Origin: Octopus bimaculoides
Taxonomy: Eukaryota
Length of the DNA: 64,000 nucleotides
Assembly (NCBI RefSeq): GCF_001194135.2
Contig: NC_068981.1
Span: 187,733,606-187,797,605 of the forward strand
Direction: 5' to 3'
Shown piece by piece: positions 12,833 through 26,334 of this stretch. Made by a program: the position numbers and the translations under genes. Positions within the stretch are counted from its first letter, which is position 1; every line of letters starts with the position of its first letter. The notes beneath the pieces are model-generated. The model saw only the letters and a list, made by a program, of their open reading frames with translations, had not been told where the DNA came from and did not search any database.

Positions 12833-13138
12833 ATAGATATTATACTTATTGCATAAAAAATTTGTATTTGGAATGAACATTTCCAGTTCAAATATCACAG
12901 AAAGGTGCTCCAGTATGACTTTAGTCCACGGTCGTACCAAAGCAATAAGAGAATAAATACGTATACGTCCTGCAGAAGATAAGCGGAGAGAAAAATTCAC
13001 TCAGCTCCTATTGATCTGGATTAAAGAAGGTAATCTTTACTAGTTAATCACTGAATAAAATATGTTAATTGCACTGTTGAATAAGCTAAACAATATTGGA
13101 ACATGGGATAGAAAGATCACAGGGAATGTTCTTGACAA

Positions 13139-13252
13139 ATGCCTTTCATCGTTTCGGGGTCGATAAAATAGGTACAAATTGAACACTAGGATCGTTGTAA
13201 TCGATTCATCCACCACTCCAAAATTGCTGCCCTTGTGGCAAAATTTGAAAAC
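13139..13252 (+). mobile_element. Family B SINE 3' part
   Basis: tgcctttcatcgtttcggggtcgataaaatagg...cccttgtggcaaaatttgaaa. Confidence 0.75.
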
Positions 13253-14282
13253 TTTCTTTTTAACTTAAAAAAAAAAAACGTGTTAGTTATATTAGTGGAG
13301 AAGCTGTGGATTATTGGTGCAGTTTATACAAACGTCATAGAGAGGATGCCGAGAAATATATATTATTTATTGAGATAGTTTAAACAGCATAATCTTAAAA
13401 ATAATACATAAAAAAACAAAGACTTCAGAGAGTAATATTTACGGAGGATCCGTAGAAAAAAGTACAGTCAACAGCGAGAGAATGTTTAAGAAAACACATA
13501 AAAATTTACTCTGATATACACAATATTTCTCAAACAAAAGAATCATATGGTAATGGTTAAACGATTTCCATAGTTTTAATAACTTAGAGACCTAATATTT
13601 ATTCTAGCTCTCTCCTGCTATGTTAGAAAGATACAATGCTGATGAACACATTTTTGACGAAGTTTCTAATTTACTTGTTATATTAAACAATATGAATAAT
13701 GCCGTTTAGCGGGAGTAAATCGGTGATTAAGTTTGGTATACTTGAAAGCAGAACATTCAAATGTACAGGGTAATTTTTGAGTCAAGTAAGAAGACTGTTG
13801 AACAGGATTTAAGATATTCTTAGGCATGGATAAAATATTCATTTGCGTTTATATTTGAAACTGCTTTCGAATGAAATCCCTAATATATTATTTGTAAGAT
13901 ATGAACTCACTTCAGCCTCAAGAACAAATCAATTTAAAATAAGTTGACTATTCATAAACTAATCATATTAATAATTTTATATTTTTCTCAGAAATGATTT
14001 CCCATAGGATTTGGAACACTTGTACTAAGATGACTTGCTACTTCTATGTAATTTCTCGGCTTGCCAGAAATACGAACCAAATGTCCTACAACGTGCAGGT
14101 TTAAAAAGTGAGAACCTATTTAGTAATGTAGTCATAAATATAAAAGAAAAACAATAAAAGCAGACGGAATTATCACGAGTGGATCGCTTTTGATAAAAGT
14201 CTTCTTCATATTAAGGCAGATGTAGGCTAGTTCACAACTGCAACAAGGACAACAATATTTTCTACTATCCTTTATAAGTTAT

Positions 14283-14468
14283 TAGACTGCGGCCATGCCG
14301 GGGAACACCTTAATGAATTTTTTGTCGGGCGAATCGACCCTGGTACTTATTATTTTTATAAAGCTTGGTACTTATTCTACCGGACTCATTAGCCGAACCG
14401 CTAAGTTACGCGAATGTTGAAAAAAGGGCCGGTTGTCAAGCGGTAGTGAGGGACAAAGACACAAACTA

Positions 14469-14500
<32 letters not shown>

Positions 14501-14660
14501 GTACACAATGGGGTTCTTTTCGGTTTCCATCTATCAAATCTACCGAGAAAGCTTTGGTAAGCCCCAGACTAGCAGGAGACACTAGCCCACTGTGCCAAGC
14601 AGTGGAACTGAACCCGGAACCATGCGGTTGAGAAGCAAGTTTCTTACTATACTTCCACAC
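14283..14660 (-). mobile_element. Near full-length family A SINE, diverged
   Basis: Tail gactgcggccatg, middle gccgaaccgctaagttacg, (TA)n, head ggaactgaacccggaaccatgcggtt. Confidence 0.8.
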
Positions 14661-16551
14661 GGATAGAATGTATATAAAAGATAGATTACTAAGTTGTTAT
14701 TTGGTTACAAATAAGATTTATATAATAAATTTATATAGTATGAAAAAAAGAACATAAAGCAAAATCTATATAAAATGGCAGCTTTTAATTGACTTAAAAA
14801 ATGTTTAACGCTAATACTTATCTTGAAAAGACACAGCAATCACTTGAAGCAAACAGATGGTAACATGGTCTTGTCACTTCATCTATGAAAACACATCTTG
14901 TCTAAACTAATTAAAGGCTAAGACTGTTTTGATATTAAAGAAAGTTATTCAATTGCTGAGCTAGTCAGTTTCAATATCGATTTCTTAACTTTTAATCTTC
15001 GTTCATAGAGAGTTTTGGGGGGCAACAACCATTTACATTTCCGTGAGACAATTTATTCAAACTTTTATTTAGAAAAGGCTAATGATGTAGATACATTCCT
15101 CCATTTCAGTCTGAGATTATTAAATCTTGTGTATTGCTCTTCCAATTAAACACAGGGTTTTCAAAAATAATAAAGAGTCAATCATCGCTTTTCAACATTG
15201 GTTGTTATTTGTCACTAACTATAACAGAATGAACATTATTTAGTATAATATTTGAATAGTCTAAACTTTAAAGAATGGTGTACGATCAATAATTATCTAG
15301 CGTTACATATGTAGGTCTGTATTTCTTGTCTGAGTTCAAATATATGTGTCTCTTCTTTTTTTTTCTGAGAGATTCATTTGTAGAAATTTAGTTCGCAGAA
15401 TTGTAGCCTGTCACTAGGAAAATGGTTAGGCCTGTTATATGTGTCAAAATAATTACAAAGATTTATGAGATAAACTGTATTATTGTGTCCATAATTGTGT
15501 GTATATGTTCATTCCTGCAAATTGAAATGGAAAGAAAAAGAAGAAGAATCTATCTATCTCACCTGTTAAAACGAATCAGAGTGATGAAAAAGTTTGAAAG
15601 ATTAAAATTTGATATTCTGTAGAAGGGAAATGTCCAGCTTTACATTTGTATTATCGATTATTGAGGATTAAATTTTTCTCGCTTTAAGAAGAATAACGAA
15701 GAAAGGAATTACATCTACATGCTATGTAGATCACCATATTTCTTAAAGAATACTCGACCTCCCCCGCCACAATTAAAAAAAAAAAGAGAATGCTTGACGC
15801 CTGTGTTATCTAATAAACTGTCTCTGGCAAAATGTTTAAGAATTCAGTTTTTCAAGTAATCTTTTCAGGAGGTGATGTTTGATATTGGGAATATATTTAA
15901 TCTATTGCATTAGTGGGTCAGAAATGGCGTTCCTGCTGGTGCCAATGAATGAATTAGTATCAATAGAAAAATGTATGTCTTTCAGTTACATGTACAGAAC
16001 GAACAAATTTCAGTTTATGATTTGTAGAATATAGAGGGAAGTATTTATTTTGAAACTAAATATCGATTATCTTTTCAAGTCAATAAATTAATAACAGAAA
16101 TTTGTGGTTACATTATAATCTTTACTCGTAGAAATATATGCTATCGGTTATAATAACACAAGTGACACACTCAACCAAGATACATATATTGATAATTGTT
16201 TACATATTCAAATATAAAACTTCAGCTGGTTAAAGTTGTGTTAGCTTTAGTTGCACCTGCTTCATTCGAAATATCAGTAGAAATATAGGATAAAATAGAA
16301 TCCAAGGAGACTGGTGGTGGTGCACGTCGGAAAGAATTGTATTATTTGAAAAAGGTAACAGAAAGAGCATTGTAAAATTGCTGTGGGGAATGGAGTGTTT
16401 GATGTTTCAGACAGAGTCTTTCTTTAGGCTAACGATAGCAGATGGGAAATAAGAGACTGCAGTCTTTTACATCCTATGTTTGGGAAACGATGGAATACAA
16501 GACATGGAGAGTTTCTGTACGTAGACAGGAAGTAGTAGGAGAGAGAAACTG

Positions 16552-16592
<41 letters not shown>

Positions 16593-16856
16593 CAAGGAGC
16601 GGGCGTAGGTAAGGTGGATAGAAAATAAGGTGAGAGGAGAGGAAAAAAACCGAGAATAGGAATACTGAATGAGGATACATCTGGGGATAGAAGGTAAAAA
16701 ACATTTCCTTTTAAATCAGACGGTGGCATGGTTTCCGAGTTCGAATATGAAACATGGGTGTGAAGAGATGCTGCTCATTGATAAATAAATGAAGTAATGG
16801 TCCGTTAGATTGGCCAATATACCTATTAGTGGGCTTCAAATTAATGTGCTTCAAAT

Positions 16857-16890
16857 CTTCTTCACTTCAGCTTCAACTGAAGTGAAGAAG
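16857..16890. repeat. Perfect 14-bp inverted repeat (hairpin)
   Basis: CTTCTTCACTTCAG-cttcaa-CTGAAGTGAAGAAG. Confidence 0.9.
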
Positions 16891-19629
16891 GAGTATATAG
16901 TGCATATGGTTATTTGGCTAAAAAATAAATAAATAAATAAAATGGCTGCCCCGAAATATAACAATATCTGTTTCAATGATTTCACATCAGGAAATTTGCA
17001 AAACAAATACATAAACGTCTATTTCTTTAGTCATTTTAAAATATTGCAGAACATTTCTGTTGTCCCCTAACTGCACCTTTTCTTTCTTTCACATCATCAT
17101 TGTCCACATCACTAAACGTAATTTCAATTACGTAGTTTTAGTTGGTTAACCGGAATAGCTAGACTTACTAAATCAAGTATGGCTGTATCTTTCAAAGTCA
17201 GCAAGTCTAGCCTTCTTCAAGACGATCAGAGAACGTTCTTCTATATAGATCTGAAACATGACCCATGGAAGAGAAGCATCAAGATCTCCATGATCATATC
17301 TATACTAGCCCTCTTTTGACGGTTCAAACATCTCACAGTGTAAGCACACGGCTGAACATCTCACAGTGTATGCACACCCATGTCTCCTACTGTTACTCAA
17401 CGAACGCAATGTAGACTTTGATGGTCAGTGCTATCGTGCTGATCAACAAGTCATATAGGAAGTTATATTTTGGAAACTTAACTATATTGATGAAGTTCAA
17501 AGCACACAACACGAAAGCTAATGAAGAAAAAGTTCCCGCCGTAGTTTTGTAAAAGGCGTCACGATTGCGGTTGCCTGAAAAGGTACGCCAGAACTCATTT
17601 TAATATAAATTTGTACCGTTGGCTGGTGGAAATTAATGCTTCGTATTTGTGTGATAACGGTCGTCGAACCAAATTTTTATTCTCTTTCAGAGATTCTGTC
17701 AGTTTCCTTCCCTGACTAGATTTATTTCATCTGTGCTAACGAGGGAATTCGACAGGAAATAATGATCATAATGTATGTCCCACCATTTATAAATGTTACA
17801 ATTGACTTCTCAACTAAAGATGTATTTCGTGAGAAATATACCATTACTCCTCACTAGGAACGATAATAAAGTAAATATGTCTATCACATGTATGTGAAGG
17901 TCAAAACCTTTGAACAACACAAATAATTTTGCATTATACTTAGTCGATAAATTGGTTAAATATCTTCCTGTTTGCAAACATAATTTTCTATATGCCGCCT
18001 GTTGTATACAATTTTCTAAAGAAAAGAAATTTTTTTCAATGTCTTTTATGTCTTAGTTCTTGTTTCAATTCTTTTTTAAAGCTTCGTAAAGGATTTCTTT
18101 CAATGAAACATGATTCTATTGCTTTCCATTGGTGGAATTTCTCGGGGTTATTTCTTCTCGTATTGATTGTGAATGGTTGCAGCAAAATCGGGCAGTTTTA
18201 ATTAAATTATTATAAATACTGTAGTATAATTAGATTTCAGACGATTCATGCATATATTTTTCTTATTTTATTTTATAGGATTCATCAGCATGTTAGAGAA
18301 ACACAAATATATTACGTTCTTGCTGTACACTATTGATAACAATGAAACGTTGACTGCAATATAAGCATTTCTCTTATCTACAGGCTGTAGGAAGATTTGA
18401 GCTGACATTATCTGCAAACAAAACATTCAGTAGTTACATAAGTACTATGTACTTATTACATAAAAATATAGAATTCGAAATTGTCAGCTTTAGAATTCAG
18501 TAAAGGATACTGAATAGCAATAAAAAAGGAATACATTTGCTATTTGCTACGCAGTGGAGACTGTATTGACATGTGCAGTTGAACATTTCCTAATTTATGA
18601 TTGTTAGGGAAATGATACATTATAGATTTCATAGATATGAGTCGTTTCTTTAAGGAGAAGAAATGTAGTTGGTAATGTTTATGAATCTCTGCTTGAACAT
18701 TACTGTCCAAATGTAAAGTGAATACAATAAGTAATGATGAAAGCCGATTGTCAAGCAAATACAAATTTACAACATATATAGAAAGAATATATTTATTTCT
18801 CAATGACATAATCAAAGAGTTTACTTCTCTAAAAGGCACACAAGGACCAGGTGGTGGTGCTACAACGGGTGACGAATCAACAGTAGATCCAGACAGTTTT
18901 ATTGAGGATTATTTCCATTGTTGAAACTAGAGAGAGAAACGCAAAATTCACTTCTACAGACTTGAACCTAGAATGTGACGTAAGTCGTAAGTTATAAACA
19001 CTTGCTAGACAGTAGTTGGCACTTGGTACAAAACTTCATCACAAGAATGTAAGTATTGATCTAGTATATTACTGGTATTTATCATAATTAGAATAAAGAA
19101 AAGACAATGTCAACCCAAACGGGTTTTACAATGTGAACGTAAATAAACTTAGAAATATACTAAAAAATATTTAATCTAGAAAAAAGTTCACAGATTCACT
19201 GGCTATTATATCGATTCTTTAGGTTGTCATGAGATTGCAGGACTATAGTTGAAAGGTGTAGTAAATTACAATATTCTCTTATCGATCCCTCCAGGCAAAT
19301 TTTACTGCCAGATCGACTTGAGATTAAAAGCCATAGCAACGAAACTAAGTATAGTAACATATTAAGTATTAGTCTACTGATTTAGTCTACTACTTATTGT
19401 CACTCCACCGACTGCACGAACATTTTCAACAAGTTATTCTATTCATCAAAAGTTTAGATATTCACTAACTTCTGGACTTTTAAACTAAAAAGAACCAACA
19501 TAAAATAGTATCGAAAAGACAACACTTTCCACTTTCAAACTGACACGGTCTGTCATTTTTTCCCCACAGTTTTATTTTAGCATTAGAACATTGTTTTAAA
19601 TATGTGTGGCCATCTATCAGTTTTCTTTC

Positions 19630-19945
19630 GTTCTTCTGAGCAAGGTAGGGCTTCGAGATTGCTGATGCAATTTATAAGTATGGACGTACCATAGTCATAT
19701 ATAGATTTAAATAGATAGATGGAGAGCGGCTGACAAAGATCTTATTGAGTGATGCTACGACACGCCCAGCCTCCTTGACAATCTTAGAGATGTGGTTTGT
19801 CCAACGCAGATCGCTGTTCAAAATAATATCCGGATCACGTTCATTAACAAACTTCTTACGATTGGTGTTGTTGAAGAAGTATGTAAAAGCTGAGTTTTTT
19901 CCTCCCAAAGTGCATGGTGATACAGGTTGATACTGTTGTACAGTC
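19630..19945 (-). mobile_element. CR1-like LINE ORF2 C-terminal fragment, copy 1
   Basis: ERDPDIILNSDLRWTNHISK...LYMTMVRPYL matches ERDLGV..SSDL.W..HI...LVRPHLEY. Confidence 0.8.
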
Positions 19946-19963
19946 GTAATACTACATAATAAT

Positions 19964-19965
<2 letters not shown>

Positions 19966-20033
<68 letters not shown>
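19966..20033. repeat. (CTA)n microsatellite
   Basis: Direct reading. Confidence 0.95.
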
Positions 20034-20037
<4 letters not shown>

Positions 20038-20429
20038 CACTACTCACTGCTTCTCTTTGCTTGCATTTTCGCTTACGTTCTATGACACCGTTTAGTAATT
20101 TCACCCGACTCCTCCTTCCATACAAGTCTGTGTTTAGTCACAAGTAGAAGCATCGGTTGACGACTGCAATATGCTTATATATTAATATCCTTCTCATTGA
20201 GTTGCAGATTTATTGAAGTTTCTTACCACTCATCTTATTAACTGTCAGACTCATGTGCTACTTTGGTTTCATCGATCTGCAGCCATGTGCCGCAGTATCA
20301 ATTGCTAAAGTTAGAAACACACACACACACGCACACACATACACAAACACACACACACCTCACACACTTTCACATATATATGTGTATTTATATAATTATA
20401 TGTATATATAATGAGAATTCATAAATATT

Positions 20430-20469
<40 letters not shown>

Positions 20470-20915
20470 NNNNNNNNNNNNNNNNNNNNNNNNNNNNNNN
20501 NNNNNNNNNNNNNNNNNNNNNNNNNNNNNNNNNNNNNNNNNNNNNNNNNNNNNNNNNNNNNNNNNNNNNNNNNNNNNNNNNNNNNNNNNNNNNNNNNNNN
20601 NNNNNNNNNNNNNNNNNNNNNNNNNNNNNNNNNNNNNNNNNNNNNNNNNNNNNNNNNNNNNNNNNNNNNNNNNNNNNNNNNNNNNNNNNNNNNNNNNNNN
20701 NNNNNNNNNNNNNNNNNNNNNNNNNNNNNNNNNNNNNNNNNNNNNNNNNNNNNNNNNNNNNNNNNNNNNNNNNNNNNNNNNNNNNNNNNNNNNNNNNNNN
20801 NNNNNNNNNNNNNNNNNNNNNNNNNNNNNNNNNNNNNNNNNNNNNNNNNNNNNNNNNNNNNNNNNNNNNNNNNNNNNNNNNNNNNNNNNNNNNNNNNNNN
20901 NNNNNNNNNNNNNNN

Positions 20916-20956
<41 letters not shown>

Positions 20957-21189
20957 TTGTGTGTGTGTGTGTGCGTGTGTGTGTGTGTGTGTATGTGTGT
21001 GTGTGTGTATGTGTGTGTGTGTGCATGTTTGCAATAATAATCACAATATATATTAATACATATTTTTATGTTTGATAATTTAACTATGTAGTGTATTTTA
21101 GATATATGATTATATAATATATGATAATAATCACAACGAATGTACTCTATAAGTGTTCAGGTGCCCTAGAAAAAGAAAAAAAGGCATTA

Positions 21190-21850
21190 GGTGTACTGTT
21201 GGCAAATTTCAGGTAGCATAGAAGTTTTGAAGGATATAGTGCCTTGGCAGCTATCAACCGATGCAGGTAATTTATTTCGTGCTTCATGAATTGAGCTTGA
21301 AAATATTTCCGAAAGTCATAGGTATTGTCGTTTAGATTTTGGAAGCATGTCCACGAGTATTTGACATATGGAATTCAAAAAAGTACCCAAAGTTGTTGGA
21401 AAGATGGTGGATAATCTTGTGGGCGTCTACCAAGTCAGTTGCCAGAAGTCAGCTTTAATGTGTCCATGTCCAAGGAAGCAAGACGTTCAGAGTAAGGTAG
21501 ATGCCTGACAGTGGGTACTCGTTTGGTTGCACGTGTCTGAACAGTTTCCAGGGGATTGATATCCCGAGCAAGGTAAGGTTTCCAGACTGGTGATGCAAAC
21601 TGTAAGTGTGGACGTGCCATGGTCACATAGTTTTAAATAGATAGCTGGAGAGCGGCTGACAAAGATCTTACTGAGTGATGCTAAGACGCGCTTAGCCTCC
21701 TCGACAGTCTTAGGGATGTGGTTTGTCCAAAGCAGATCACTGTTTAAAATAATTTCCAGATCACGTTCACTAACAGACTTCGGAAGATTTGTGTTGTTGA
21801 GGAAGTATGCAAAAGCAGGGTTTTCCTCCCAAAGTGCCTCGTTGATACTA
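21190..21850 (-). mobile_element. CR1-like LINE ORF2 C-terminal fragment, copy 2
   Basis: SERDLEIILNSDLLWTNHI, RPHLQFASPVWKPY...LETVQTRATK...YSERLASL, DLVDAHKII, NTRGH. Confidence 0.85.
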
Positions 21851-21860
21851 TTATACATTC

Positions 21861-21907
<47 letters not shown>

Positions 21908-22122
21908 CTGCTACTATTACTACTACTACTACTACTAGTAGTAGTAGTAGTAGTATTAGTTGTAATTATTTCTATTGTAGGCACAAGGCCAATACTTTTA
22001 GGGAAAAATGCTCAAGTAGCGTGGTTGGCTATATCGACACAACATCAGGGTCTTACGAATAAAAAGCAAAAATAAACGGAATAAAAACATAACCACACAT
22101 ATCTATATGAACGCAATATTAG

Positions 22123-22192
<70 letters not shown>

Positions 22193-23011
22193 CCTATCTA
22201 TCTATCTCTCCCTCACTATATATATATATATANNNNNNNNNNNNNNNNNNNNNNNNNNNNNNNNNNNNNNNNNNNNNNNNNNNNNNNNNNNNNNNNNNNN
22301 NNNNNNNNNNNNNNNNNNNNNNNNNNNNNNNNNNNNNNNNNNNNNNNNNNNNNNNNNNNNNNNNNNNNNNNNNNNNNNNNNNNNNNNNNNNNNNNNNNNN
22401 NNNNNNNNNNNNNNNNNNNNNNNNNNNNNNNNNNNNNNNNNNNNNNNNNNNNNNNNNNNNNNNNNNNNNNNNNNNNNNNNNNNNNNNNNNNNNNNNNNNN
22501 NNNNNNNNNNNNNNNNNNNNNNNNNNNNNNNNNNNNNNNNNNNNNNNNNNNNNNNNNNNNNNNNNNNNNNNNNNNNNNNNNNNNNNNNNNNNNNNNNNNN
22601 NNNNNNNNNNNNNNNNNNNNNNNNNNNNNNNNNNNNNNNNNNNNNNNNNNNNNNNNNNNNNNNNNNNNNNNNNNNNNNNNNNNNNNNNNNNNNNNNNNNN
22701 NNNNNNNNNNNNNNNNNNNNNNNNNNNNNNNNNNNNNNNNNNNNNNNNNNNNNNNNNNNNNNNNNNNNNNNNNNNNNNNNNNNNNNNNNNNNNNNNNNNN
22801 NNNNNNNNNNNNNNNNNNNNNNNNNNNNNNNNNNNNNNNNNNNNNNNNNNNNNNNNNNNNNNNNNNTATATATTCCTATTATTATAACATTCATATTTAT
22901 GTACATAGATATAAGTAAATTAGCTGAATCCGGTATTGATATCTTGTTCGTAAATAATCTTTATGAAAACGTGATACTTATCATTCTAGATTTCCTAAAA
23001 ATTCTAACATG

Positions 23012-23068
<57 letters not shown>

Positions 23069-23119
23069 CAGCAGCAAACTGGAAGTAAGACTACGAGAAA
23101 GTTATGTGGTTATATAACT

Positions 23120-23760
23120 ACGGGAAGTTATATGGTTTAACCCCACCTTTTCCCTGCAGGTTAAAAATCTCTCTAAGATATTTTTTTAATATTGTCGATA
23201 AGAATTTCCCTGTGGGCCATAAATACCGTTCCATCCTTAATAGATCCTGTCTAAAACTTTCTTACTCAACTACGCCTAATTTAGGATCGATAAACGCAGG
23301 GAACAATAAATTTAAGCTTGGGAATAACGGGAATATGGGTAGCCCCAATACGAATAGAATTAATAGTAACATAGATAAAGAACGCAGAGGGACGACCAAC
23401 CGAAATAAAGCCTGCAATTGTCGGAACTGCAATTTATGTGCATTAGGGGATTCCTGTGTAAGGAAAAACGTGGTATACAAGACTGAGGTCATAACTGCCA
23501 ATCAACCTAAGAATGTATATATAAGATGAACCACGGATTTCAAAACGAGATATAGAGGACATATAGAGGACATATCAGCTCATTCTCGACCCCAGGAACA
23601 AAAACGTAACCGCGCTGGCTACATATATTAACAAACTAAAAATGCGAGATAAGGAATTTAGATTAGATTGATCGATCATAACAGAAACCAAACCATTTAA
23701 ATTCTATACAAGAAGGTGTAAGTTAGGTTCGAAGGAAGCAATTAGTATACGTCGTACAGA
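23120..23760 (+). mobile_element. Penelope-like element remnant (RT linker plus GIY-YIG endonuclease), frameshifted
   Basis: VIWFNP.F, HKYRSILNRSCLKLSYSTTPNL, CNCRNCNLCALGDSCVRKNVVYKTEV...VYIR, DFKTRYRGH, TALATYINKLK, CKL. Matches the PLE order WFNPPF / FNRN..K.SYS / CNC..C...C...VVY..YIG / FK.RY..H. Confidence 0.85.
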
Positions 23761-24194
23761 CAAGAAAATTTTAAGTAATAAAATATTAGACGTTATAATT
23801 GCACGATGGCATAAATATTTAGCTATATTTAAGTTTTTTAAAAAGTAGAATGGATAGAATCCGATCTCATGAACATAGACTTACCTAAATAAAATAATAA
23901 TTTCTTCCACTTTGGTTAGATTTGATCAACTTAAAGTTTAAGCTAAAAATTTTTTATACATTGGCATCTTAGTAATTCACAGGTTTAGCGTCGCATTCGA
24001 ACCTATTAACCTTCTTTATATAAGTTGTAAGTTAACGGTCATTGTAAATTGTAATAGATCGCAATGTGGTAGCTGCTCTACTAAGCACGTTACTCCGAAC
24101 GGCAAGTCGAGTCGTATGCAAGCAATCCTTTTCCTCTCGATCTTTTGAACCAGTCGGGCAGAATGACAGTGAGGCCGCCGCCGCCGCTGAAGTC

Positions 24195-24372
24195 CCAAAA
24201 TGTTTTTTTTCTCTCCTTGTTTCTCTCATTGTTTCTTTCTGTGTTCCTTCCTGTGGAAGAGCGTAGGCTCGAAACGTTAAAGACTTTTTCAATTACCGAG
24301 CGTTATACTAATACGTCTGTTTGTTTTCTATACCACCTGTCTTCTTCTGTTGTTTTTTGTGAATTCTCTCTC
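24195..24372 (+). mobile_element. Short non-autonomous repeat carrying a hammerhead-like motif (24247-24282)
   Basis: CTTC-CTGTGGAA-GAGC(gtag)GCTC-GAAAC-GTT-AAAG. Ends gtgaattctc followed by (TA)n. Second copy at 36750-36915. Confidence 0.7.
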
Positions 24373-26334
24373 TCTCTCTATATATATATATNNNNNNNNN
24401 NNNNNNNNNNNNNNNNNNNNNNNNNNNNNNNNNNNNNNNNNNNNNNNNNNNNNNNNNNNNNNNNNNNNNNNNNNNNNNNNNNNNNNNNNNNNNNNNNNNN
24501 NNNNNNNNNNNNNNNNNNNNNNNNNNNNNNNNNNNNNNNNNNNNNNNNNNNNNNNNNNNNNNNNNNNNNNNNNNNNNNNNNNNNNNNNNNNNNNNNNNNN
24601 NNNNNNNNNNNNNNNNNNNNNNNNNNNNNNNNNNNNNNNNNNNNNNNNNNNNNNNNNNNNNNNNNNNNNNNNNNNNNNNNNNNNNNNNNNNNNNNNNNNN
24701 NNNNNNNNNNNNNNNNNNNNNNNNNNNNNNNNNNNNNNNNNNNNNNNNNNNNNNNNNNNNNNNNNNNNNNNNNNNNNNNNNNNNNNNNNNNNATATATAT
24801 ATATATATATATACACACAGATTTATGTATGTATATGTGCATATATCTGTGTGTGTGAGTATTTTGGTTAAGTCGACAGAATGTGATCATGTGATGTAAC
24901 GGAAATTTGGCTGATGTCTCTGGCAAAGGATGAGGCGGATTTCGAAGGAAGTGATCTGTTAAATCAGAATTTTTGTATGATTCCTCAAATATTATTTTAT
25001 TGATTTTCTAAAACAAAAAAACTAATAGTTTCCAGAATATTCGAGTTATCCAAACAATCTGTTGTCCACATAGTCGTTCCTGTATGTGTTTTAGAATGTG
25101 TGTGCGTATTTGCATGCTTAACTGCAGATGCTAGAGAAAAATATCGCTATTAGATCACAATTCAAACAAACCATGAGATTAAAGAGAAATTGTTACATTA
25201 ACTCATGCTTGAGTTAGCGATGGGAAATATTGTATGTGTGCATTTATAGTGACCCGGCCAGTGGACGTACATAAAGGATACAAAACACTAAACAAAGCAT
25301 TGTGTTGACTTTGTATCTACACATTTTTCTTGCAGGGAATATATAAGACATGGAAAAAATATTTTTATAAAATGTTGTGTTCACCTACTTATTTAAGAAT
25401 AAAGCAGAAATAAGCAATATTTTTCGTATCTAAAACTTACATGCTATACACGCACGGAGCCGACATATAAGTGGGTGATTATACTATACTTGGAAATATT
25501 TATCTATGTCTTCAATTACACCATAAATATTTTCTCTCTAATGGAATGTTGAAAAAATACTTGTCTGTACACAATACTACATGTGATTCTGCGATGCACT
25601 TAACTGAAAAGACACATTTTAGTGATAGTTGTAATAAAAGCTGGTGATTATCCGCCAGTCTAAAATGTGACCATGAATAATTAATAATCTTTTTACCCTC
25701 CTTTCCACCGTCCCTCTCCCATCTCTCTCTCTGTCTTCACACACATGCGCGCGCACACCTATATATANNNNNNNNNNNNNNNNNNNNNNNNNNNNNNNNN
25801 NNNNNNNNNNNNNNNNNNNNNNNNNNNNNNNNNNNNNNNNNNNNNNNNNNNNNNNNNNNNNNNNNNNNNNNNNNNNNNNNNNNNNNNNNNNNNNNNNNNN
25901 NNNNNNNNNNNNNNNNNNNNNNNNNNNNNNNNNNNNNNNNNNNNNNNNNNNNNNNNNNNNNNNNNNNNNNNNNNNNNNNNNNNNNNNNNNNNNNNNNNNN
26001 NNNNNNNNNNNNNNNNNNNNNNNNNNNNNNNNNNNNNNNNNNNNNNNNNNNNNNNNNNNNNNNNNNNNNNNNNNNNNNNNNNNNNNNNNNNNNNNNNNNN
26101 NNNNNNNNNNNNNNNNNNNNNNNNNNNNNNNNNNNNNNNNNNNNNNNNNNNNNNNNNNNNNNNNNNNNNNNNNNNNNNNNNNNNNNNNNNNNNNNNNNNN
26201 NNNNNNNNNNNNNNNNNNNNNNNNNNNNNNNNNNNNNNNNNNNNNNNNNNNNNNNNNNNNNNNNNNNNNNNNNNNNNNNNNNNNNNNNNNNNNATATATA
26301 TATATATATATATATATACATACATATATACACA

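Noticed and set aside
24173-24190. (GCC)n as a CpG-island promoter
   Set aside because: Too short and adjacent to a repeat.
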